A DNA stretch of 64,000 nt, from contig JAWKJM010000005.1 in NCBI GenBank assembly GCA_041393775.1, positions 2,529-66,528 of the forward strand, given 5' to 3'. The DNA is from Candidatus Nanopelagicales bacterium. Its GTDB lineage: Bacteria; Actinomycetota; Actinomycetes; S36-B12; UBA10799. Of the stretch, positions 28,280-37,482 are shown piece after piece. The notes under the pieces are model-generated. The model was given only the letters and a program-made list of their open reading frames with translations, had not been told where the DNA came from and made no database searches. The position numbers and the translations under genes were made by a program. Numbering within the stretch: position 1 is the first letter of the stretch; each line of letters begins with the position of its first letter.

Positions 28280-29005
28280 GTGATCTCCGTGCTGATGCTG
28301 ATGGCCTTTCCGGCGGCCATCCAGCAGGCCCGCCCCGACCCCACGCGGCAGGTGATCGTGGTCACGTCGAAGCGATGGCGCAGTCAGCGTGCGATCCTGC
28401 ACCGCTTCCGTCGCGTGGATGGCAGGTGGGTGCAGGTCGGCCACCGAGCCCGGGCATGGCTGGGTGTCAACGGTTTCGCCGCCAGTAAGAACCGCATGCA
28501 GAACAGCGGCCAGACACCCGCTGGCGTGTTCAGTCTGCCGCAGGCTTTCGGAGCATTTCGCAAAGGCGGGACGCGACTGCCCTATCACCGGATCACCGCG
28601 CACTCATTCTGGCCGTACGATCCGCGTGATCCGCGCACCTACAACGTCTTGCAGACGATCCGGCGGCCGCACGCGCGGTGGCGCAACGATGGCGAATGGT
28701 CGGAGCGGCTGATCGACTACGGCAGGCAATACCGCTTCGCAGTAGTTATCGGCTACAACCTGCCAAAGGCGGTGTATCGGGACAAGGAGACCGGGGAGCG
28801 ACGGACCTACACGCCGGTGCGCACGGACAAGGGCGGCGGCATCTTCTTGCATGTCGCCGACGGTCGGCCGACCGCTGGCTGCGTGGCTGTCGGAGCCGTC
28901 CAGATGCGAAAGACCATGTTGTGGCTTGATCCGGAGAAGAACCCGCGGATCGTGATGGGCCCTCGTAGCCAGACCCGGCACTGGCGCGCGCACGTCGAGC
29001 GTTGA
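28280..29005 (+). CDS. L,D-transpeptidase (YkuD-fold) family protein
   Basis: Catalytic region GGGIFLHVADGRPTAGCVAV (His ... Gly-Cys). The start is uncertain: GTG at 28280, ATG at 28295, or further upstream in ORF 28178..29005. Confidence 0.75.
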   Translation: MISVLMLMAFPAAIQQARPDPTRQVIVVTSKRWRSQRAILHRFRRVDGRWVQVGHRARAWLGVNGFAASKNRMQNSGQTPAGVFSLPQAFGAFRKGGTRLPYHRITAHSFWPYDPRDPRTYNVLQTIRRPHARWRNDGEWSERLIDYGRQYRFAVVIGYNLPKAVYRDKETGERRTYTPVRTDKGGGIFLHVADGRPTAGCVAVGAVQMRKTMLWLDPEKNPRIVMGPRSQTRHWRAHVER

Positions 29006-29179
29006 GCGCCGACTCGACTCTCCCGCCAACCGCTTGCGCCGAAGAACCGGCCGGAGCAAGGACACGCCCGGTGCGCCCTAAGCTAGCGCCTGCAGCCCGG
29101 TCCTGACAGCGGCGTCGCCCTCGGGTTTGGGGGATAATGGGGCGAGAATCGCTGTCCTGCCGGGTGGCGAAAGTCGTGG

Positions 29180-30511
29180 TTGAGCCTCTTTCGCCGGCTG
29201 CAAGGGTGCTCCGGAGGCTGTGTTCGCACTATGCCAGGACGTTCCCCCTTGGCCGATGAGGTGATGCACGGCCACTTCCGGCAGGGCCTGCACGTGTTGG
29301 CTGTGGCACAACGCGCATTGGCTGACGACCAGATGGCGCCGGCCTCTGACATGCAACTCCTGGGACTGCTGGCATTCGAGGACCCGCCCCGAGACGGTGT
29401 GGCCGCGGCGATTGCGGAGTGCCGACGGGCGGGCGTGCGCTTGGCGATGATCACAGGAGACCGTCCAAGGACGGCACGGGCGATCGCTTCCGAGATTGGG
29501 TTCACGCTGCCGGATTCACCCGTCGTGCTCGGTAGCGACCTGCCCGAAGACGACGCGGAGTTGGGCGAGGTTGTCGATCACGACGGAGTGGTGCTAGCAC
29601 GGATCACGCCCGAGGCCAGACTGCGAGTTGCCTGTGCTTTGCGCTCCCGGGGGAACGTCGTGGCGATGACCGGAGACGGGGTCAATGACGCACCGGCGCT
29701 GCGGGAGGCGGACATAGGCGTGGCTATGGGGACCTCCAGCACCGATGTGGCGCGCGAGGCCGCCGATCTGGTCCTGCTCGATGACCACTTCGGGACGATT
29801 GTCGCCGCAATCAAACAGGGGCGAGGGACGTTCTTGAACGCCCGCCGGTTCCTGACCTATCACCCGACCGACAATGTTGCCGAACTGGCGCCCTTCATCG
29901 CGTGGGCCGTATCGGCGGCCCACGTCCCGCTGGCCCTGGGAGTGCCGCAGATCCTTGCACTGGACCTCGGAACCGACACCCTGCCCGCTATTGCGCTGGG
30001 CGCTGAACGACCCGCACCGGAGGTGCTCGACCACCCGCCGGTCTCCGGTGGCTTGCTCGACAGGGCAGTGGCGGCCCGGGCCTTCGGGGTGCTGGGCCCC
30101 AGTGAGGCGGTGATGGAACTCGCGGTGTTCGTGGCGGCGCTCGCGTGGGCGGGCTGGCGCCCCGGCCTCGACTGGCCGAGCGGCCACGCACTGCTCGCCG
30201 CGTCGGGAGCCGCCGTCCTGACCGTGGTCGTCATGCAGTGCGCGAATGCGTTCGCGGGCCGCAGCCTGCACCGACCGGTTTGGCAATTGCGGTGGAACGC
30301 CAATTGTTTCCTCTTGGTGGCAGTTGCCACGACTGTGGTATTCGCGGCTGTCTGTTTGGGGGTGCCTCTAGTGGCCGGTCTGCTGAGCCAGGCCACCCCG
30401 CCGCCAGCAGTGCTCCCGCTGATCGTCGTGGCGATTCCGGTCTTGTGGCTGGCAGACGCCCTATGGAAGTCGTGGTCGCGTCGGGGTGGGATTGCGGTCG
30501 GAAACACGTGA
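29180..30511 (+). pseudogene. 5'-truncated P-type ATPase (C-terminal half only)
   Basis: Retains the hinge motif MTGDGVNDAPALREADIGVAMG and the C-terminal TM helices. It lacks the actuator domain, the DKTGT phosphorylation site and the N-terminal TMs. Similarity begins near 29240, and nothing ATPase-like lies between 29006 and 29240. Confidence 0.7.
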
Positions 30512-30559
30512 GACGTGCGAAGGCATTCGGCCGGGCGTTCAGGCTGGGGTGAGCTGGTT

Positions 30560-30770
30560 GGAGATCGCTCGCATTAGTCGTCGATGGCCGTGGCCGGCCG
30601 CCCGTTCAGGCCGGAAAATTCCGGGCGGAAACCGCTCGGGTTAGAGAACGTGCACGAGGTTAGAGAAGCCACACGTGTGTTCACTAACCTGGTGCACAAT
30701 CTCTAACCTCCCGACCATTCTCTAACCTCGCGGCCCACTTCTGCGGCGACCGAGTACACGAGCCGTTCGC
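30560..30770 (-). repeat. Family-1 repeat, locus R7 (reverse orientation; C, B, A)
   Basis: Reads GTGCACGAGGTTAGAGAAGCCACACGTGTGTTCACTAACCTGGTGCAC, then TCTCTAACCTCCCGACCATTCTCTAACCTCGCGGCCCACTTCTGCGGCGACCGAGTACACGAGCCGTT. Confidence 0.9.
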
Positions 30771-30942
30771 GTCAGTCATCCGGGTCCGCGCTAGGCCAGT
30801 GGGAGGCCTCAGAGCCGAACCGGGTCCTGAAGGCCGAACCGGAACCAGAAGGTCTACCCGGAGCCGGTCCCGAGGTCACCCCGTAGCAGGTGGTCCCGGC
30901 GCGCAGACCGCCGCAACTTCATCAGCGGGAGAAACCGCCAAG

Positions 30943-31656
30943 TCAGTCCTCGCGCTCCAGCGCTTCCTCACCCTCGTCGCCAAGGATGGCCTCGAGCGGC
31001 CGAGTGATCCGCCACACGATCACTGCCAGCGCTCCTCCCACGAACGGCGCGATCAGGAACAGCCACACCTGCTGCAGCGACTCACCGCCCCCGAACAGTG
31101 CCGGGCCCAGCGACCGTGCAGGGTTGACCGACGTGCCCGTCAGCGGAACGCCCACCAGGTGAACTGCTGCGAGCGCCGATCCGATGGCGATACCCGCGAA
31201 CCCGGGGGCGGCCGCATGGTCTGTGACCAGCAGGACCACGCTCACGAACGCTGCGGTGAGAAGTGCCTCGACCAAGAAGGCCCCAAGGGCGTTGGGTCCG
31301 TCTCCGCCGAAGGCGTTGGTCCCCAACCCGCCGGTCTCGTCGGTGACGCCACCTGCGTTGACCAGAACCCACAGCACGAAGCCGCCCAGGGCCGCGCCGA
31401 GGAACTGCGCGATCATGTAGAACCCGGCCTCCTTGCCCTCCTGTCGCTTCGACAGCCAGAAAGCCAGGGTGACTGCGGGATTGACGTGGCATCCAGATGT
31501 CGGGCCGAGGGAGTAGGCCAACGCGGCCAGGACGACGCCGAACGCGAGCGCGACGGCCAGGGTGCCACTCGTTGTGATACCGCTGACGGCCGCGCCGACC
31601 GCCAGGAAGACCAACAGGAATGTGCCGACGAACTCCGCCGTGAGTTTGCTGCGCAT
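30943..31656 (-). CDS. aqpZ: MIP-family channel (aquaporin Z-like)
   Basis: 237 aa with two NPA boxes (HVNPAVT and SVNPARS). Confidence 0.88.
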   Translation of the reverse strand: MRSKLTAEFVGTFLLVFLAVGAAVSGITTSGTLAVALAFGVVLAALAYSLGPTSGCHVNPAVTLAFWLSKRQEGKEAGFYMIAQFLGAALGGFVLWVLVNAGGVTDETGGLGTNAFGGDGPNALGAFLVEALLTAAFVSVVLLVTDHAAAPGFAGIAIGSALAAVHLVGVPLTGTSVNPARSLGPALFGGGESLQQVWLFLIAPFVGGALAVIVWRITRPLEAILGDEGEEALERED

Positions 31657-31683
31657 GAAGGTGCCTCTCTATCCCAAGACACC

Positions 31684-32100
31684 TTACCGATCCGCGAGCA
31701 CCTCGCCGGTGTCATGCGCGCACGTGTCGCACAGGCCCAGAATCTCCACCGTGTGTGTCACTTCCGTGAACCCGAAACGCTCGGCGGTCCGTGTGGCCCA
31801 GCGTTCGACCGGCGCCGCCTTGATCTCCACAGTGTGGCCGCACCGCCTGCACACGAGGTGGTGGTGGTGCTCAGAGCTGCACGACCGGTACAGGGCCTCT
31901 CCGTCCTCCGTCAGCAGGACATCCACCTCGCCCGATTCCGCCATCATCGCCAGGCTGCGGTAGACCGTGGTGAGCCCCACGTTGCTGCCCGATGCCCGCA
32001 GTTGCGCATGAATCTGCTGGGCGGTGCGGAAGTCCTTGACCTGGGCCATGAATTCCTCGATCGCCGCTCGCTGACGAGTGCGTCGCTTGGGTGCTGTCAT
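31684..32100 (-). CDS. zur: Fur-family zinc uptake regulator
   Basis: Internal ATG at 32100 gives MTAPKRRTRQRAAIEEF. Contains HHHHLVCRRCG and CDTC zinc-site cysteines. It is the last gene of the znu operon and overlaps znuB by 4 nt. Confidence 0.85.
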   Translation of the reverse strand: MTAPKRRTRQRAAIEEFMAQVKDFRTAQQIHAQLRASGSNVGLTTVYRSLAMMAESGEVDVLLTEDGEALYRSCSSEHHHHLVCRRCGHTVEIKAAPVERWATRTAERFGFTEVTHTVEILGLCDTCAHDTGEVLADR

Positions 32101-32909
32101 CGTGGCCGCCTCAGCAGGGTCCCCACCGGCAGTGCGACGACGAAGCACGCCAGCGTGATCAGCACGATGGTAGCCCCGGACGGGACGTCGGCATAGAAAC
32201 TGGCCACGACTCCTCCCACCGCGCTCACCAGCCCGATCACCATGCCCAGACCCGCGGTGCCGCGGAACGAGCCGGCGACCTGCTGGGCGGCCGCAATGGG
32301 CACGATCATGATGGCGCTGACGAGCAGCAGTCCCACTGTGCGCATACCGATCACGACGCTCACGGCCGCCAGGATCGTGATGAGCGCGCTGATCAGACCG
32401 GTGCGGATGCCTTGGGTCTGCGCCACCTCGGAGTCGAACGAGACAGCGAACATCTCGTGGCCGAACGCTGCGATGAGGAGCATGAGCGCGGACGCGGCGA
32501 TCGCCAGCCAGACGATGTCCTGCCCGGTAACGGTTGTGATCGCCCCGAAGAGGTACTGGTTCAGCGACGAGGCCGCGCGGTTGCCCGCCATGTACGTCAG
32601 CAGGACGCCGCCGGCGATGCCACCGTAGAACACCAAAGCAAGCACGACGTCACCGGCGGACCGGCTGCGAGCCCGCAGGATCTCGATGCCGATCGCGCCC
32701 AGCACAACAACCGCGAGGGCCATGGGGACGGGCGCCGAACCGGTGAGGAAGGCAAGGCCGACGCCGGTCAGCGCGACGTGGCCCATCCCGTCGCCGAGCA
32801 GTGCCAACCGGCGCTGCACCAGGAAGACCCCGATCGCGGGTGCCACCAGGCCGATGATGACCGCCGCCAACAGGGCTCGTCGCATGAAGTCGTAGTCGAG
32901 CAACGTCAT
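32097..32909 (-). CDS. znuB: Metal (zinc) ABC transporter permease
   Basis: Internal ATG at 32909 gives MTLLDYDFMRRALLAAVIIG, typical of ABC-3 permeases. It overlaps znuC by 4 nt. Confidence 0.88.
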   Translation of the reverse strand: MTLLDYDFMRRALLAAVIIGLVAPAIGVFLVQRRLALLGDGMGHVALTGVGLAFLTGSAPVPMALAVVVLGAIGIEILRARSRSAGDVVLALVFYGGIAGGVLLTYMAGNRAASSLNQYLFGAITTVTGQDIVWLAIAASALMLLIAAFGHEMFAVSFDSEVAQTQGIRTGLISALITILAAVSVVIGMRTVGLLLVSAIMIVPIAAAQQVAGSFRGTAGLGMVIGLVSAVGGVVASFYADVPSGATIVLITLACFVVALPVGTLLRRPR

Positions 32910-33661
32910 GGCCCCTCCATCAGTCCCGGGTCCGGGTCCTTGTCGTGGATGTGATGCCAGACATGTTCGGTCCAGCGTTCCGGCGGGGGAGTGGGGCCGT
33001 CGTAACGCACCGAGCCCTGAGTCGGCGGCCCCAGGACGATCGCCCTGGAGGCCAGACTCGCGACCGGCCCGAGGTCGTGAGTGATCAGCACGATGGTGGC
33101 TCCGAGGTCGCGCAGCTCGCGCATGTGTTTGGCCAGCCGGTTCTGTTCGCCCTGGTCCACGCCGGCGGTCGGTTCGTCCATGAGCAGCAAGTCGGCGCCC
33201 ATCACCAGAGCACGCGCGATCATCACCCGGCGCTGCTGGCCACCGGAGAGGTCCTCCAGGCGGTCGCGGATCCGGTCGCCAAGGCCGACCTTGTACAGGG
33301 CCTCCTGGATGCTGCGACGCTCCGCCCGCGACAGTGGCCGCCACCGCCGCCGGGGGCCAGCCAACGCGCTGCGCACCGCCTCCTCGACGCTCAAGGGCAC
33401 GGCGCTGGCCGTCAGGAGGCGTTGTGGGACGTACGCCACGCGGTGCCAGTCGTCGAACTTCGCCACGGGGGTGTCGAACAACCGCACTGTTCCGCGATCA
33501 GGCTTGATCAGGCCCAACATTGTGCGCACCAGAGTGGTCTTGCCAGTACCGTTCGCGCCCATCAGCGCCGTGAAGTCCCCTTCTTCGATGATGACCGAGA
33601 CGTCACGCAGGACCGGTTGTCCGAAGGCGACGGACACGTCGTCGGTGCGTATAGCGCTCAC
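32906..33661 (-). CDS. znuC: Metal (zinc) ABC transporter ATP-binding protein
   Basis: Walker A GANGTGKTT, signature LSGGQQRR, Walker B LLLMDEP. Confidence 0.92.
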   Translation of the reverse strand: MSAIRTDDVSVAFGQPVLRDVSVIIEEGDFTALMGANGTGKTTLVRTMLGLIKPDRGTVRLFDTPVAKFDDWHRVAYVPQRLLTASAVPLSVEEAVRSALAGPRRRWRPLSRAERRSIQEALYKVGLGDRIRDRLEDLSGGQQRRVMIARALVMGADLLLMDEPTAGVDQGEQNRLAKHMRELRDLGATIVLITHDLGPVASLASRAIVLGPPTQGSVRYDGPTPPPERWTEHVWHHIHDKDPDPGLMEGP

Positions 33662-34539
33662 GAGCAGGACTGACCTTGTTCGACGACGGCCAGGTTCTCC
33701 TGCATTGCGGAGATGTAGTCGCCAGCGGCAGGAGGACCTTCCAACGGGTCGAGGGTGGCGGTTTGCGCGCCGGCTTCAGCGGCCACGGTCTCGGCGACCG
33801 CAGGGCTCACCAGCGTTTCTGTGTAGACGGTCGTGACCCCGTTGTCCCGCACGAACTCTGCGAGGTCGGCCAACGCTTGCGCGCTCGGCTCAGTCTCGGG
33901 GGTCAGTCCAGAGATGCCCTTCTGGACGAAGCCGTACCGATCCGCCAAGTAGCCGAAGGCCTCGTGGCTGACGACCAGTGTTCGCACCGCACATTGTTTC
34001 GTCCCCTTCTGCCACTGTTCGTCGAGCGCAGCCAGGTCGGCCTGGAGCTGCTCGGCGTTGGCCTGGAACGTCTGCTGGTGCTGGGGGTCGGCGGCGGCGA
34101 GGGTGTCGGCGACGGTGGTAGCCATCTGTCCCATCAGTACCGGGTCCAGCCACACATGCGGGTCGTTGGTCGTCTCGCCGTTGGTGCTGGTCCTCAGCGG
34201 CAGTCCCTCAGTGAGATCCACGACTGTTCCTTGCGCCTGCCCGACCGCGTCGTCGAGCGCCGGCTGGAAGCCGCTCAGGTAGAACACCATGTCCGCGTCC
34301 TGGACGTCGCCGACCTGTTGCGGTGACAGTTCGAGGTCGTGAGGTTCCGCGCCGGGGGCCGTGAGGGTCTGCACGTCGACGAGGTCGCCTCCGATCCGGT
34401 CGACGAGGAACTCGACCGGGTAGTGCGACACGATTGCCGTGACCGCCTCAGAATCTGTGGCTTCGGGCCTGGTCGGCTCGGCGCTGCAGCCGGCCAGCAG
34501 GACCAAGCCGAACAGCGCGGTCAATACGGGTCGAATCAT
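33658..34539 (-). CDS. znuA: Metal (zinc) ABC transporter substrate-binding lipoprotein
   Basis: Internal ATG at 34539 gives MIRPVLTALFGLVLLAGC, which has a lipobox. The fold is ZnuA/TroA-like (HVWLDP motif). The start could instead be 34551. Confidence 0.85.
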   Translation of the reverse strand: MIRPVLTALFGLVLLAGCSAEPTRPEATDSEAVTAIVSHYPVEFLVDRIGGDLVDVQTLTAPGAEPHDLELSPQQVGDVQDADMVFYLSGFQPALDDAVGQAQGTVVDLTEGLPLRTSTNGETTNDPHVWLDPVLMGQMATTVADTLAAADPQHQQTFQANAEQLQADLAALDEQWQKGTKQCAVRTLVVSHEAFGYLADRYGFVQKGISGLTPETEPSAQALADLAEFVRDNGVTTVYTETLVSPAVAETVAAEAGAQTATLDPLEGPPAAGDYISAMQENLAVVEQGQSCS

Positions 34540-34556
34540 GTCCACCACCATAGCAC

Positions 34557-34578
34557 TTAATGAAAATGATTCCGCTAT
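34557..34578. promoter_or_regulatory. Candidate Zur box upstream of znuA
   Basis: An AT-rich island TTAATGAAAATGATTCCGCTAT sits in otherwise GC-rich DNA. The left half matches the actinobacterial Zur-box core TGAAAATGATT. The right half is degenerate. Confidence 0.5.
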
Positions 34579-34649
34579 GCAGAAAGGTCGGACCGCCGGT
34601 GTGAGGCTCGTGGCGATGCCACGGCGGTCGCTTGTGCACGCGAGGTTGG

Positions 34650-34913
34650 ATCTTGTGGTCTCCGTGGCCGCGGCGTTCAGGCGGGCAGATGCCGGGCGGA
34701 GATCGCTGGTGCTGGTCATCCGCGGCGGTGGTCGGCCGCCCGTTCAGGCCGGAGGTGCCGAGCGAAAATCGCTCGCGTTAGAGAACGTGCACGAGGTTAG
34801 AGAAGCCACACGTGTGTTCTCTAACCTCGTGGTCGTTCTCTAACCTCGCGGTCAACTCCTGCGGCTACCGAGTACACGACACGTTCTCTAACCTCGCGGT
34901 CAACTCCTGCGGC
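34650..34913 (-). repeat. Family-1 repeat, locus R8 (reverse orientation; two C modules, B, and a duplicated A-proximal segment)
   Basis: Reads GTGCACGAGGTTAGAGAAGCCACACGTGTGTTCTCTAACCTCGTGGTC. The segment GTTCTCTAACCTCGCGGTCAACTCCTGCGGC then occurs twice. Confidence 0.88.
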
Positions 34914-34965
34914 CAGTGGGCACAAATGGTCCAACGCGAGCCGGAAGGCTGAACGACTGCCCGCC

Positions 34966-36312
34966 CTAGCGGGGCGGACGGGCAGTCCCGCCGAGTTGCT
35001 CCGAGAACCAGTAGCCGCTGTCCTTCACGATGCGCTGCTGTGTCTCGTAGTCGACGTACACCAGGCCGAACCGGGGCACGAGTCCTTCCGACCACTCGAA
35101 GTTGTCAAGCAACGACCAGCAGAAGTAGCCGTCCACTGGCACTCCCCGATCTATCGCGGCGCGGACCTGTGCCAGGTGGGACTCGTAGTAGGCGATCCGC
35201 CGGTCGTCGTGAACCCTGCCGTCCACGACCTCGTCGGCGAACGATGCACCGCCTTCGGTGATGACGATGCGTGGGTATCGCTCATAGGCCTGCACCATGT
35301 CCAGAACCATGCCCAGGCCCTCGGGACGGATCTCCCATCCCATCGAGGTCTTCTCGAGGTCGGGGTCGTCGCCGAAGCCGGGGATCGTCCACAAACCCGG
35401 TATGGGCCGGAACGGAGCCCGCAGGCGCGTGTAGTACTGGACACCGAGGAAGTCCAGGTCGATCTCGCAGCGTTCCAGGTCCCCGTCCTGGATGTACCGT
35501 CTCATCATCCGCAGGATCGGGGCGTCGTCGACCGGATAGCCCATTCCCAGCCCGGGTTCGAGGAAGGTGCGGTTGAGCATCGCATTGGCCGCCCGCTCGG
35601 CACGCCGCGCCAGGTTGGGCCCCGGGCCGGATCCGAGGGCGGGCGTCAGGTACTGGGTGGTGCCGACGTTGCCATCGGGATCCACCGCACGCATCGCCCG
35701 TACCCCCTCGGCGGTCGCGAGGTTCACGTGGTGGACCGCAGGAAAGTAGTTGTTCAAGCCGCGCCTGCCCGGTGCGTGCTCACCCATCATGTAGCCGAGC
35801 AGCGTGAAACTCATGGGTTCGTTGAACACCATCCAGTTGTCCACGCGATCGCCGAGGGCCTCGCCGACGACGCTCACGTAGTCGGCGAAGATCTCGACGA
35901 TGTCGCGGTTGGTCCATCCGCCTTCGTCCTCGAGGGCTTGCGGCAGGTCCCAGTGGTACAAGGTCACCCAGGGCTGGATTCCGGCGCCGAGGCACGAGTC
36001 CACCATGCGCCTGTAATGGTCGAGTCCCTTCTGGTTGACGGTGCGCCCATCGGGCTGTATCCGGGGCCACGACAGTGAGAACCTGTACGCCCCGAAGCCA
36101 AGGGAGTAGACCTGTGCGACGTCCTCGGGGAAGCGGCGGTAGGAGTCAGTGGCCGTGTCTCCTGTTGTCGCGTCGGCGATCACTCCCGGCTTATGACTGA
36201 ACGTGTCCCAGATCGAGGGACCCTTCCCGTCAGCGTCGGGCGAGCCTTCGATCTGATACGCCGCAGTCGCCACGCCCCACAGGAAATCGTCGCCGAACTC
36301 ACCGAGACTCAT
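34966..36312 (-). CDS. GH1 beta-glucosidase
   Basis: 448 aa. N-terminus FLWGVATAAYQIEG. Acid/base motif FNEP. The nucleophile region is ITEGG. Confidence 0.9.
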   Translation of the reverse strand: MSLGEFGDDFLWGVATAAYQIEGSPDADGKGPSIWDTFSHKPGVIADATTGDTATDSYRRFPEDVAQVYSLGFGAYRFSLSWPRIQPDGRTVNQKGLDHYRRMVDSCLGAGIQPWVTLYHWDLPQALEDEGGWTNRDIVEIFADYVSVVGEALGDRVDNWMVFNEPMSFTLLGYMMGEHAPGRRGLNNYFPAVHHVNLATAEGVRAMRAVDPDGNVGTTQYLTPALGSGPGPNLARRAERAANAMLNRTFLEPGLGMGYPVDDAPILRMMRRYIQDGDLERCEIDLDFLGVQYYTRLRAPFRPIPGLWTIPGFGDDPDLEKTSMGWEIRPEGLGMVLDMVQAYERYPRIVITEGGASFADEVVDGRVHDDRRIAYYESHLAQVRAAIDRGVPVDGYFCWSLLDNFEWSEGLVPRFGLVYVDYETQQRIVKDSGYWFSEQLGGTARPPR

Positions 36313-36390
36313 GGGCCAAATCTGGCGGAAAGTGACCGGCGGTGTCGAGTTGTCGGGCTACCGCAGTGTGCGGTGGGTTAGGAATGTCCC

Positions 36391-37482
36391 ATGCGCCGCT
36401 TCCACGCGCCTGGTCGGGTGAACCTGATCGGTGATCACACCGACTACATGGGCGGCACCGTGCTGCCGATGGCCATCGACCGGGGGACGGATCTGTGGGT
36501 GCGACCGCGGCAGGACCGCAAGATCGTGGCCGTCTCCGACAACTTCCAGCAGATGGGACAGGTTGTCGCCGACGTGGACGCCGAATCCGTCGATGCCCGA
36601 TGGGACTGGGTCAACTACCTCGTTGCCGTGGCGTTCGCCCTGAGGAAGCGAGGCGTCGAGGTCCCTGGCGTCGACGTGCGGGTGCGGGGCACCATCCCGA
36701 CCGCAGCCGGGCTGTCCTCATCAGCCTCCCTCGAGTTGGCGATGGCGGTGGCCTTCAATGCGGTGACCGGCGCAGGCCTGCGCCCCGCCGAGCTCGCAGT
36801 CGCCGGCCAAGTCGCGGAGAACGATTTCATCGGCGTGGCGTGCGGGATCATGGACCAACTCGCGATAGCGACCGGCCTCGAGGGGCATGCGCTGGCCATC
36901 GAGTGCGACACCCTGGTGGTGACCCCCGTGCCCTTGCCCGACGATCTGGCGATCGTGGTGGCGAACACGAATCTGCGCCGCGAACTCTCGGGGAGCGCGT
37001 ACAACGAGCGCAGAGCCGCGTGCGAGCAGGCACAGGCGGCCCTCGGTGTGCGGCTCGTCGACATCGGGCCAGCTGATGCGGATGCAGCGATCGCGAGTCT
37101 GCCGTCAGAACTGCGACCGCGCGCCCGTCATGTGATCACTGAGCAGGCCCGCGTGCTGACTTTTGCCGAGGCGCTGGCCCAGGACGACCGCGCCGCGATG
37201 GGACAGTTGCTCCGGGCCTCCCACGAATCCCTGCGCGACGACTTCGCGGTCACCGGATTCGCCCTCGACGCCATGGTCGAGGTGGCGTGGGATGCTCCGG
37301 GGGTGATCGGGGCCCGCATGACCGGGGCTGGCTTCGGCGGGTGCACGGTCAACCTCGTGGACCCGGACCGGGTCGACGATTTCGTCGCGCACGTGGGTTC
37401 GAGGTACGAAAGAGCCACCGGTGTCCGGCCCGCCTTCTACCCGGTGAGTAGCGCGGACGGGGCTCGCGAGGTGCTGGCGTGA
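36391..37482 (+). CDS. galK: Galactokinase
   Basis: Galactokinase signature GRVNLIGDHTDY and GHMP kinase motif PTAAGLSSSASL. Confidence 0.93.
   Translation: MRRFHAPGRVNLIGDHTDYMGGTVLPMAIDRGTDLWVRPRQDRKIVAVSDNFQQMGQVVADVDAESVDARWDWVNYLVAVAFALRKRGVEVPGVDVRVRGTIPTAAGLSSSASLELAMAVAFNAVTGAGLRPAELAVAGQVAENDFIGVACGIMDQLAIATGLEGHALAIECDTLVVTPVPLPDDLAIVVANTNLRRELSGSAYNERRAACEQAQAALGVRLVDIGPADADAAIASLPSELRPRARHVITEQARVLTFAEALAQDDRAAMGQLLRASHESLRDDFAVTGFALDAMVEVAWDAPGVIGARMTGAGFGGCTVNLVDPDRVDDFVAHVGSRYERATGVRPAFYPVSSADGAREVLA

Noticed and set aside
29083-29505. Minus-strand 140-aa ORF, or an upstream frame supplying the missing N-terminus of the truncated ATPase
   Set aside because: The translation is Arg/Ser/Pro-rich shadow sequence. 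Nothing in any frame of 29006-29240 resembles the actuator or phosphorylation domains of P-type ATPases.
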